NCBI GenBank assembly: GCA_964362175.1
Contig: CAYIDD010000006.1
Location: 1-54,325 of the forward strand
Direction: 5' to 3'
Length of the DNA: 54,325 nt
From: an uncultured Candidatus Saccharibacteria bacterium
Lineage (GTDB): Bacteria > Patescibacteriota > Minisyncoccia > Phycocordibacterales > UBA2100
Under the pieces are notes generated by a model that was not told the DNA's origin, did no database searches, and saw only the letters and a list, made by a program, of their open reading frames with translations. Below are positions 1-12,030 of this stretch, piece by piece. Every line of letters starts with the position of its first letter. Within the stretch, counting starts at the first letter, position 1. A program made the translations under genes and the position numbers.

Positions 1-780
1 AGTGCGAGATTGGTCAGCCAAGGCGCGGGTAATGGCTTGGCGTATCCACCACGTTGCATAGGTGGAGAATTTGTAGCCCTTGGTGTAGTCGAATTTGTCC
101 ACCGCCTTGAAAAGGCCGAGATTCCCCTCCTGAATGAGGTCGAGGAGGGTTAGATCGGGGCTTCTGTTGACGTATTTTTTGGCGATAGAGACGACGAGGC
201 GAAGGTTGGAACGCGCAAGGATGCTGCGCGCTTCGTCGTCGCCCGTGAGGATGCGCTTGGCGAGCTCTTTTTCCTGATGACCGTTCAAAAGCGGGTACTG
301 ACCGATCTCGCGCAAATACATCTGCACCGAGTCGTAGCCTGCGTCCGCACGACGATTTTGTAGTTTCTTGCTTGCAAGCACGCTATCTGCCGAACTGTCT
401 TCAAGCATGCCACCACCCTCAAGGACATCAATGCCGGCAGTACTGAAAAGCTCGTACATCTCCTCAAGGAGAAGCACGTTGTCTTCGATCGTAGGAAATT
501 CGCGCAATATCTCGTCGTACGTGATGTATCCGCGCTCTTTGCCGAGTGTGATAAGTGCCTCAACTTTTCCCCGACGCTTACCGAGAGACGCGCTGCCCTT
601 GGAGGCGGAAACGGCTTTCCTGCTCTTGCGCGCCGACTTATTCACACCACGTGTCGCCTTCAACGTGCTACGATTTTTTGAGGCACGAGTACGGGCGACC
701 CGCTTTTGAGGACCTCGCTTTTTGTGGGCGGGTCGTTTCGCTACTTTTGTCTTCTTTTTCATTTGTTTCTTTTTTGCCAT
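1..780 (-). CDS. rpoD: RNA polymerase primary sigma factor (3' end outside window)
   Basis: Manual translation of the minus strand gives region 2 motifs [21 protein letters not shown] and [24 protein letters not shown]. In-frame ATG at 780 (MAKKKQ...). Lies downstream of dnaG. Confidence 0.93.
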   Translation of the reverse strand, partial: MAKKKQMKKKTKVAKRPAHKKRGPQKRVARTRASKNRSTLKATRGVNKSARKSRKAVSASKGSASLGKRRGKVEALITLGKERGYITYDEILREFPTIEDNVLLLEEMYELFSTAGIDVLEGGGMLEDSSADSVLASKKLQNRRADAGYDSVQMYLREIGQYPLLNGHQEKELAKRILTGDDEARSILARSNLRLVVSIAKKYVNRSPDLTLLDLIQEGNLGLFKAVDKFDYTKGYKFSTYATWWIRQAITRALADQSRT

Positions 781-899
781 ACACGAGAAAAAAGACTCAC
801 GAGGAATCTTCCTAAGAAAAAGGCTGTTTTCTTGCTTCCCAGCCTCACGAACCATCGATTTCAACGGAAATATAGCATCGCGAGACCGAACGTGCAAGT

Positions 900-2642
900 T
901 TATACTTTCTCGTGTAATTGTCCAATCCGAGTTGTTAACAGTTTACACACAGCCATGAGGCGCGCGACTTCCTCATTATTATCGTTGTTTTCAGCCATCT
1001 TTAAGGCCTTCGCCGTGCGATCAAGTTCCTCAGCGAGCAGCTCCTTGAGGATAACTGTGAGCAATGCTTTCGCCTCCCGCTCGGGATTGATGCTTTTCCC
1101 ATAGAGGCTCTCGGCTGCAAAACGGAGCGATTCCCGCTCGCTTTCCCCAAGATTTGCCAATGCCGCGAAGGACTCTGCGCCGAGTGCCTCCTCAAGTTCG
1201 CGCGCATAGGCCGCCACATCGATCGACGGCTTGGAAAGCGATTGCTGCCAGAGCAAAATAGAGAATGCTTGCTTTGCCCGTCCGAGGCCCTGCGTAGAGG
1301 TCCGATGCATAGGAGCAGCGTGCGAAGTATTTGGTCCCGTAGCGCGCGCCTCATCGTCATACGATGCGGGGATCCGCGGTAATTTTTGCAGAGCTTCCGC
1401 CACTGCACTCTCCGAGACACCGAGACGGCCCGCGATCTCGCGCACATATTGTTCACGCGCTATAGGACTTGGCACATCGGAGAGAAATGGCAGCACGATC
1501 GTTTCGACGACTCTCCTGAAGCGATCTTTTTGCGGCGCATGCTCAGCGAGTACATCGAGAAGGAACGTGATGATGTCTTTTGAGTCGCGGATCGCTTTCT
1601 TCCATGCGTCCACTCCCTCTTTTTGGATGAGATCTGCCGGATCAAGCCCTGTTGGAAGCTGTGCCACTTTCACGTTGAGCCCACCCTGCAGGGCCGCCCG
1701 TGCCGCGCGGCCCGCCGCCTTGATACCCGCCGCGTCGGCATCAAGTGCAAGCACCAGATTGTCCGTCATTCGGCGGATAAGCGCCGCATGCTCCGGCGTA
1801 AACGCGGTACCGGAGACGGCAACCGTGTTCCTCCATCCGGCCTGATGTGAGGCAAGCAAGTCCATCTGCCCTTCCACTAATATGGCGCAGTTGAGCTTGC
1901 GGATGGCTACTTTCGCACGGTCGAAGCCGTACAAAATACGGGATTTGTGGAAAAGGGGAGTTTCCGGCGAGTTGAGATACTTCGGTGCCTCGGGTGAAGC
2001 ATTTTCTCCGAATATTCTTCCGGAAAACCCGATGATCCGTCCGGCAGAATCTGCAATGGGGAACATGATGCGATTGCGGAATTTGTCGGTTAGACTCCCC
2101 CGCTCGTTTTTTTTGGCGAGACCGGCATCGAGTATCTCTTTCTCTGTGAACTTTTTCCCTTTCAGATATTCCGACGCGGCACTCCACGAGTCCTCCGCAG
2201 ATCCGAGCCGAAATTCTTTTATCGTCGCATCTTTCATCCCCCGTTCTTTCAGATACGCTTTTGCGCCATCGCTCAATCGCGATGTATAAAATATCGTAGC
2301 GACCTCCAAGAGCTCAAAGAGTCGTTCACGCTCATCTTTCTTTTCTTTGCCGCCGCGTTCATATACAAGCTCGACACCCGCTTTTTCCGCGAGCACTTTG
2401 AGCGCTCCTTTGAAATCCAATCCCTCGATAGCTTCAACAAATGAAAAAATATCGCCCCCCACATTGCAGCCGAAGCAATGGTATGTACCTCTGTCGGGCG
2501 ATACGTGGAACGAAGGCGTGCGCTCCGCGTGGAATGGACACCGCGCGCGCAGGCTGGCTCCAGCTCTATTAAGCTTCACGTATTGCGAAACGACGTCAAC
2601 GATAGAAAGTCGGTCTTTGATCTGTTGCACTGTGTCGGCCAT
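900..2642 (-). CDS. dnaG: DNA primase
   Basis: CHC2 zinc finger [11 protein letters not shown]...[20 protein letters not shown] motifs VEGQMD and DADAAG. Start 2642 (MADTVQ) chosen because CATAAT lies 7 nt upstream. Confidence 0.96.
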   Translation of the reverse strand: MADTVQQIKDRLSIVDVVSQYVKLNRAGASLRARCPFHAERTPSFHVSPDRGTYHCFGCNVGGDIFSFVEAIEGLDFKGALKVLAEKAGVELVYERGGKEKKDERERLFELLEVATIFYTSRLSDGAKAYLKERGMKDATIKEFRLGSAEDSWSAASEYLKGKKFTEKEILDAGLAKKNERGSLTDKFRNRIMFPIADSAGRIIGFSGRIFGENASPEAPKYLNSPETPLFHKSRILYGFDRAKVAIRKLNCAILVEGQMDLLASHQAGWRNTVAVSGTAFTPEHAALIRRMTDNLVLALDADAAGIKAAGRAARAALQGGLNVKVAQLPTGLDPADLIQKEGVDAWKKAIRDSKDIITFLLDVLAEHAPQKDRFRRVVETIVLPFLSDVPSPIAREQYVREIAGRLGVSESAVAEALQKLPRIPASYDDEARATGPNTSHAAPMHRTSTQGLGRAKQAFSILLWQQSLSKPSIDVAAYARELEEALGAESFAALANLGESERESLRFAAESLYGKSINPEREAKALLTVILKELLAEELDRTAKALKMAENNDNNEEVARLMAVCKLLTTRIGQLHEKV

Positions 2643-2670
2643 GAGCATCATTATGCACCGAAAGCGAAAA

Positions 2671-2689
2671 CCCGACGAACGTCGTCGGG
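2671..2689 (-). terminator. Probable intrinsic terminator after rpoC
   Basis: CCCGACGA-3nt-TCGTCGGG stem, followed on the minus strand by TTTTCGCTTTC. Confidence 0.6.
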
Positions 2690-2807
2690 CCTCGCAAGAA
2701 AAGATTGGAATCGCTAGTCCTTGCGCAGGGCAAGAATTCGTTCCATTGCTTCGTCCGGAATCGAGACGCTGTCGTAGGCCGGAACTGACCTTACGACATT
2801 TCGCAAC

Positions 2808-6503
<3,696 letters not shown>

Positions 6504-6515
6504 AGGAATTTTTAA

Positions 6516-9500
6516 TTAGAAGTTTTGAGCGCCACCTTTAAATTCGATGTCGATACCAAGCCCCCGTAAATGCCGGACCAAGACATTGAACGTAGCGGGT
6601 GTATTGCTCTCTTCGATGCGCTTGCCGGACACGATGGCATCAAAGGCTGCTGAGCGGCCAAGGATGTCGTCAGATTTGATGGTGAGGATCTCGCGGAGTG
6701 AGTATGCGGCACCGTAGCCCAAGAATGCCCAGACCTCCATTTCCCCGACACGCTGACCGCCGTTCTGTGCCTTACCACCGAGTGGCTGTTGTGTCGTGAG
6801 CGAGTATGGACCGATAGAGCGCATGTGGATCTTATCTTCCACCATGTGATGAAGCTTCAGCATGTACATAACGCCGACGGAAACCGGTTGCGCGAACGCT
6901 TCTCCGGTACGACCGTCGAAGAGGATACGTTTTCCTGTTTCGGAAACACCCGCTGCTTTCAGTTCGTCGCGGATCTCTTCTTCGGTAGCACCCGCAAACG
7001 ACGGCACGACGGCCTGATAGCCGAGCATATCTGCGGCGAGTCCGAGATGCAGCTCGAGGATCTGCCCCAAGTTCATACGCGACGGCACGCCAAGCGGGGT
7101 CAGAATGATGTCGACAGGATTACCGTCTTTGTCGAAGGGCATGTCCTCTTCCGGCAGAATGCGCGAGATAACGCCCTTGTTGCCGTGACGACCGGCGAGC
7201 TTGTCGCCGACCGAAACGGTGCGCAACTGTGCCACTTCGATGTGCACACGCTTGATGACTCCCGATTCGAGTTGATCGCCCGTCTCGCGTGAGAATATCT
7301 TGACGCCGATGACGCGACCGCGCTTGCCGCCCTCCATGCGCAAACTGGTGTCTTTCACATCCTTTGCCTTCTCACCGAAGATCGCATGCAGGAGGCGCTC
7401 TTCCGGCGTGAGCTGTGTTTCACCTTTTGGAGTGACCTTGCCGACCAAGATGTCGCCGGAGCGCACTTCTGCTCCGATACGAACCACGCCGTCCTCATCG
7501 AGGTTGCGAAGTTTGAATTCCGAGACGTTCGGGATGTCGTGCGTGGTGACCTCGGGCCCAAGCTTGGTGTCACGAACAACACAGATGAATTCCTCCATGT
7601 GAATGGAAGAGAATCGCGCTTCTTTGGCGAGTTTTTCTGAAATGACGATCGCGTCTTCGTAGTTGGCACCAAACCACGGCAAGAAGGCGACGCGCACATT
7701 CTGTCCGATAGCGAGCTGGCCGCCGACCGAGGTCGAGGTGTCGGCGAGGACGGCTCCTTTCTTGACCGAGTCGCCGACCGAAATAAGCGGACGCTGGTGG
7801 AACGTCGTAAAGCCGTTGGTTCGGGAGAAATTCACAAGCGGATATTCTTTTGTCTTTCCGTCCGCGTTTTTGACCTTGATCATTTGCGCATCGGCAAACG
7901 TGACCTCGCCCGCTTCTTCGGAAATCACGAGGCGGCCGGAGTCGCGCGCTGCGGCGCTCTCGACGCCCGTCGCGACGACTGGTGCTTCCGGGACGACCAA
8001 CGGCACTGCCTGCTTTTGCATGTTCGAACCCATGAGCGCGCGGTTCGCGTCGTCGTTCTCCACGAACGGGATGAGGGATGTTGCAACGGAGAATGGCTGA
8101 TTGGTCGCTACTTCCATGAAATCCACGTGCTCCCGCTTTACGAGCGTCGGATTTCCCTCCTTGCGTACCTCGGCCATTTTTACGGTGATGAGCCCCGAGT
8201 CGTCGCGCGGCGTCGCTGAGTGCGCGATGGCATACTGTTCTTCCTCGAGCGCATTCATGTAGACGATCTCTTTGGTGATCACTCCCTTCTCCACTTTTGC
8301 GTACGGCGTTTCGATAATGCCGAATTCGTTGGGACGTGCATAGAGAGACATGTGGAGCACAAGCCCGATGTTCTTGCCTTCCGGTGTGTGAATAGGGCAC
8401 ACGCGTCCGTAGTGCGAGGAGTGTACGTCGCGCACTTCAAGACCGGCGCGCTCGGAGGTAAGACCGCCGCGGCCGAGGGTCGAGAGCGTGCGCAAGTGCT
8501 CGATCTCGTCGAGCGTATTGTATTGCTGCATGAGCTGCGAGAGCTGGTCGGTAGTGAAAAATTCACGGATCGCCGCTTGGAACGGGCGGGGATTGACGAA
8601 GGAAACCGGATTGGTCGTCTCGGCATCCACCATCGCCATTCTGTCTTGAATATTACGCTTCATGCGTGAAAGGCCCACGCGCATACGACCCTCGAGGAGT
8701 TCGCCTGCGAATCGTACACGGCGGAATCCAAGGTGGTCGATATCGTCCGCTGTCGCGAGGGGGTCTGCGTTCAATTCCGCAATGTGGGTCACGATGCGAA
8801 TGACATCAGAAAGAGTGAGTGTCGCGTTTACCAGATCCTTCTCAGCGATCCCAAGTCCGAAGCGCCGGTTGAAGTGGAATCGGCCAACGCGTGAAAAATC
8901 GTATCGCTCGGTAGAAAGTATGGCTTCGACATGCGCACGGGCGGATTCCGGGGTCGCGATATCGCCATCGCGCAATCTTCGGTATATTTCGACGAACGCC
9001 TCTTCGGGCGTGTGCGCGTGATCGTGCTCGAGGGTCTTTGCGACCGCCTCACGGGCGAGCGGGGATTTTTCGAACTTGCTGAGGATCTCTTTTTCGCTTC
9101 CGAGACCCAAGACGCGCAGGAGTGACGTAACGGGGAACTTTCGTTTTCGGTCTATTTTGACGTAAATGCCTCCGTCAGCGTCGGATTCTATCTCGATCCA
9201 TACGCCGCGGGCGGGAATGATCTTGGCGGCAAAATAATTCTTCCCCTTGTACGGAATGGATTCGAAGAAAACGCCGTATGAGCGCGCGAGCTGGGGCACC
9301 ACGATGCGCTCAACGCCGTTGATGATGAAGGTGCCGTGCGGGGTCATCCATGGGAAATCCGCGAGGAAAATTTCCTGCTCTTTCTCCTCCCCTGTTGTTT
9401 TGTTCTTGAGACGAACCACCATGGAAAGCGGCGACTCGTATGTGCGCATCGCCCGCTTCGCGTAGTATTCGTCCCAGCGTAACTCACCGAAGGTGAATTT

Positions 9501-9695
9501 AACGAGTTTCAGTTCGAATTTCTTGCCGGAATGATCGGAAATAGGGGAAAATTCTTTAAAAACGCGCTCGGCACCGCCTTCCACAAAGTCGTGGAACGAT
9601 TTGATCTGGGCTTCGACGAGGCTCGGGAATTTTACGAGCGGTTCACGGAATTTTCCGAAGTACTTCTGCGGTCGCACATTTTTTGCTTTCGCCAT
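6516..9695 (-). CDS. rpoB: RNA polymerase beta subunit
   Basis: GDKLAGRHGNKG, PSRMNLGQ, GGQRVGEMEVWA, RALMGSNMQKQAVPL. Confidence 0.99.
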   Translation of the reverse strand: MAKAKNVRPQKYFGKFREPLVKFPSLVEAQIKSFHDFVEGGAERVFKEFSPISDHSGKKFELKLVKFTFGELRWDEYYAKRAMRTYESPLSMVVRLKNKTTGEEKEQEIFLADFPWMTPHGTFIINGVERIVVPQLARSYGVFFESIPYKGKNYFAAKIIPARGVWIEIESDADGGIYVKIDRKRKFPVTSLLRVLGLGSEKEILSKFEKSPLAREAVAKTLEHDHAHTPEEAFVEIYRRLRDGDIATPESARAHVEAILSTERYDFSRVGRFHFNRRFGLGIAEKDLVNATLTLSDVIRIVTHIAELNADPLATADDIDHLGFRRVRFAGELLEGRMRVGLSRMKRNIQDRMAMVDAETTNPVSFVNPRPFQAAIREFFTTDQLSQLMQQYNTLDEIEHLRTLSTLGRGGLTSERAGLEVRDVHSSHYGRVCPIHTPEGKNIGLVLHMSLYARPNEFGIIETPYAKVEKGVITKEIVYMNALEEEQYAIAHSATPRDDSGLITVKMAEVRKEGNPTLVKREHVDFMEVATNQPFSVATSLIPFVENDDANRALMGSNMQKQAVPLVVPEAPVVATGVESAAARDSGRLVISEEAGEVTFADAQMIKVKNADGKTKEYPLVNFSRTNGFTTFHQRPLISVGDSVKKGAVLADTSTSVGGQLAIGQNVRVAFLPWFGANYEDAIVISEKLAKEARFSSIHMEEFICVVRDTKLGPEVTTHDIPNVSEFKLRNLDEDGVVRIGAEVRSGDILVGKVTPKGETQLTPEERLLHAIFGEKAKDVKDTSLRMEGGKRGRVIGVKIFSRETGDQLESGVIKRVHIEVAQLRTVSVGDKLAGRHGNKGVISRILPEEDMPFDKDGNPVDIILTPLGVPSRMNLGQILELHLGLAADMLGYQAVVPSFAGATEEEIRDELKAAGVSETGKRILFDGRTGEAFAQPVSVGVMYMLKLHHMVEDKIHMRSIGPYSLTTQQPLGGKAQNGGQRVGEMEVWAFLGYGAAYSLREILTIKSDDILGRSAAFDAIVSGKRIEESNTPATFNVLVRHLRGLGIDIEFKGGAQNF

Positions 9696-9844
9696 GACTA
9701 CAACAAGCTACCCGTGGGGCGCCTCGCGGTGCTCCAGGTGTGAATTCCGTTATTAAATTTTGTATCCAAACGCACCCTTCGGCGCCCCACCATTGCTTGA
9801 AAAGCACAACCGCAACTCAATCAGCCCGCAGCAAATGTCGCGCG

Positions 9845-9873
9845 AGTATACACGACCCCGCTTTGTCCGTCAA
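9845..9873 (-). promoter_or_regulatory. Sigma70-type promoter of rpoBC
   Basis: TTGACG-17nt-TATACT on the minus strand, about 150 nt upstream of the rpoB ATG. Confidence 0.7.
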
Positions 9874-10544
9874 GCTCCCCTCTTTGCCTTCCTCCACTCC
9901 TCAATTTTGGCGTGATGCCCGCTGAGGAGAACTTCAGGAACTTTATACTTTTTTCCTTTCCAGATGAGAACCTCCGGCCGCGTGTAGACCTCGGGGCTCG
10001 AAACGCGGCTCGCTTCGAGTGATTCGGCTTTACCCAAAACTCCCGGCACAAAACGCGTGACTGCGTCGATGACCGTCGCTGCAGGAAGCTCGCCGCCGGT
10101 CAGGACATACGGACCCATGGAGACTTTCTTCGCCTTTCCTCCGAAGGAGGATCCGCCTCCGGCGGACAATATTTTAAAGACACGTTCATCAACGCCCTCG
10201 TAGTGCCCACAGATAAAAACGATGTCTTTCTTTTGGGAAAGCTTTTTTGCCATCATCTCATCAAATACCGCGCCATCGGTCGAAAAAAATATCTTCTCGA
10301 CCCCCCTCTTGGTGCTGATCGCCCTCTGCGTCGCGCGGAGCACTCCATCCGGCTCTAGGACCATTCCCGGTCCGCCGCCATAGGGCCGGCGGTCAACGCG
10401 CCCGTACTTGTCGCGCGTGAACTTTTTTGGGTCGTAAAAAGATATTTTTATCTTTTTCGCCGCGAGCGCACGACCAATAATCGAGCTCTTCAGATACGGC
10501 TCAATGCTTTCCGGAAACAATGTTATGACGTGAAAATGAATCAT
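9870..10544 (-). CDS. trmD: tRNA (guanine37-N1)-methyltransferase
   Basis: FHVITLFPE, DRRPYGGGPGMVL, CGHYEGVDER, YVLTGGELPA, YTRP, VPEVLLSGHH. True start is the internal Met (MIHFHV). Confidence 0.96.
   Translation of the reverse strand: MIHFHVITLFPESIEPYLKSSIIGRALAAKKIKISFYDPKKFTRDKYGRVDRRPYGGGPGMVLEPDGVLRATQRAISTKRGVEKIFFSTDGAVFDEMMAKKLSQKKDIVFICGHYEGVDERVFKILSAGGGSSFGGKAKKVSMGPYVLTGGELPAATVIDAVTRFVPGVLGKAESLEASRVSSPEVYTRPEVLIWKGKKYKVPEVLLSGHHAKIEEWRKAKRGA
10137..10166. repeat. Two tandem 15-nt palindromes inserted in-frame in trmD
   Basis: TCCTCC-GAA-GGAGGA followed by TCCGCC-TCC-GGCGGA; encodes SAGGGSSFGG. Confidence 0.8.
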
Positions 10545-10576
10545 ACACTTCGCATTCCAACTTTTAGCGAGGTCGG

Positions 10577-10660
10577 CGGGGGATTCGGGAGACCCCGCAG
10601 CGCTTGGCGCGAGGACGGTACATTTTTCAGCAGAAAAATGTTGTTCTCCCGAATCCCCCG
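10577..10660. repeat. MITE/REPIN-like intergenic inverted-repeat element
   Basis: Perfect 16-bp inverted repeat CGGGGGATTCGGGAGA / TCTCCCGAATCCCCCG enclosing the hairpin ACATTTTTC-AGCA-GAAAAATGT. Confidence 0.65.
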
Positions 10661-10674
10661 ACGCCGAGCATCTC

Positions 10675-11046
10675 CTACTCACCTTTCAGGTCCTTAATAA
10701 CATCGTCAACGGTCGTGTCGCGCACGTATGGTTCGGACGGTTTTTCGCTCTCGCTGCCCATTGAACGCCCCTCCGAACTCCCACCCGTGTTTCGTTCACT
10801 CCCCTCCGGCTCTTCTATCTTGAGATTCACGCGTGCGTCGTTCTTCATGCCGACAACGCGTAAGACCGTGCGAATAGCTTTTGCGGTCGCTCCGGAGCGA
10901 CCGATAACCTTGCCCATGTCGTCTTTGTGAACGGAGAGCGTGAGGAGAACTCCCATCTCGTCAACGGTACGGTTAATTTTAACGTCGTTCGGATTGTCCA
11001 CTAATGCCTTCACCACATATTCCAGAAACTCCTGATCTCTTTCCAT
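10675..11046 (-). CDS. khpA: KH-domain RNA-binding protein (KhpA/YlqC family)
   Basis: VKALVDNP...DMGKVIGRSGATAKAIRTVL (GxxG KH loop). Sits between rpsP and trmD. Confidence 0.9.
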   Translation of the reverse strand: MERDQEFLEYVVKALVDNPNDVKINRTVDEMGVLLTLSVHKDDMGKVIGRSGATAKAIRTVLRVVGMKNDARVNLKIEEPEGSERNTGGSSEGRSMGSESEKPSEPYVRDTTVDDVIKDLKGE

Positions 11047-11087
11047 ATCGATCTTGGCTACCTGTTAATCACTTCCAGTATACCAAT

Positions 11088-11462
11088 TTATGCCTGAGCT
11101 GGCGCTCCTTCGACTGCGTCTGCAGCTACCTCTTGAGGAGCCTCCACTGTAGGGGCCATCTCGGCCGGGGCGGCCTCTTCCGCCTTTGGCGCTACATATT
11201 TCGGAAGGACGTTGATCTTCTTTGCTTTCAAAATACCGAGCGAGACGAGCATATTGTGCACCGTAGCGGAAGGCTGCGCACCCACCGATATCCAGTGCTT
11301 GATGCGCTCTGCGTTGAGCACGCGCTCTTTGCTCTTCGGGTTGTAGGTACCGACTTTCTCAACAAATTTACCCGCCTTGGGGCTCGCGGTGTGTTCCACC
11401 ACCACAATGCGATATGAGGGCATATTGATGCGCCCCGTTCGCTGCATTCGTATCTTCAACAT
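11088..11462 (-). CDS. rpsP: 30S ribosomal protein S16
   Basis: MLKIRMQRTGR...YRIVV...EKVGTYNP...WISVGAQPSATV, with an acidic Ala/Glu tail. Confidence 0.96.
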   Translation of the reverse strand: MLKIRMQRTGRINMPSYRIVVVEHTASPKAGKFVEKVGTYNPKSKERVLNAERIKHWISVGAQPSATVHNMLVSLGILKAKKINVLPKYVAPKAEEAAPAEMAPTVEAPQEVAADAVEGAPAQA

Positions 11463-11502
11463 ATGTCGCGACACTCTACCAGATAACCATTTAAAATCAA
11501 CG

Positions 11503-11528
11503 GCCGGCGCCCCGAAGCGGGCGCCGGC
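11503..11528 (-). terminator. Terminator hairpin of orphan gene 11547-11948
   Basis: GCCGGCGCCC-6nt-GGGCGCCGGC just after the stop, followed by CGTTGATTTT on the minus strand. Confidence 0.55.
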
Positions 11529-11546
11529 ACAATGTCGTTCCATCGC

Positions 11547-11948
11547 TTACGCCTGCGCGAGTCTTGCCGTTCCGAACCGGAACCAGTCCAGCCACTTCCA
11601 ACGGTGACGCTCGAGTTGACTCGCAGCCGCAGCTCTCCACTGGGCCTTGATGCGGGTTGCTTCGGCCTCGTCGATGACTTCGAACATCGGATCGGGGTAC
11701 GGGAATTTGATGTCCTCGATTCGCCCGCCGCCGAATACGTCGAAGGTGCCTTCTTCGCGTCGGAACGTGACATGCCCACCGTATTCGTCGAGGACATAGC
11801 TTTTCGCCTCGAACACCGGATTACCCGCGAAAGGAATGACCTTCCCGAACATGGTCGTCCGCTTCGCAAACTCCAGACCCGTTTGCCGATCGGGGAACAT
11901 CCGGAGCAACGTTCCGGGCAATACAGGAGCAACTACAAGTTTCTTCAT
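11547..11948 (-). CDS. Hypothetical protein
   Basis: 133-aa ORF (MKKLVVAP...) with GAGGAGAG SD, TACAAT -10 upstream and a downstream hairpin. Confidence 0.7.
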   Translation of the reverse strand: MKKLVVAPVLPGTLLRMFPDRQTGLEFAKRTTMFGKVIPFAGNPVFEAKSYVLDEYGGHVTFRREEGTFDVFGGGRIEDIKFPYPDPMFEVIDEAEATRIKAQWRAAAASQLERHRWKWLDWFRFGTARLAQA

Positions 11949-12030
11949 GGTCGACTCTCCTCGCTCTGCGAAGCCGCTCACTGCGACTCCTTCGTGCAGA
12001 GACTAGGGTAAATTGTACCGCGTTCTGTTA

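Noticed and set aside
1280-1355. Possible inserted element in the DnaG linker ([23 protein letters not shown])
   Set aside because: The peptide looks atypical, but only weak imperfect pairing is visible and there is no second copy in the window; it needs an orthologue alignment.
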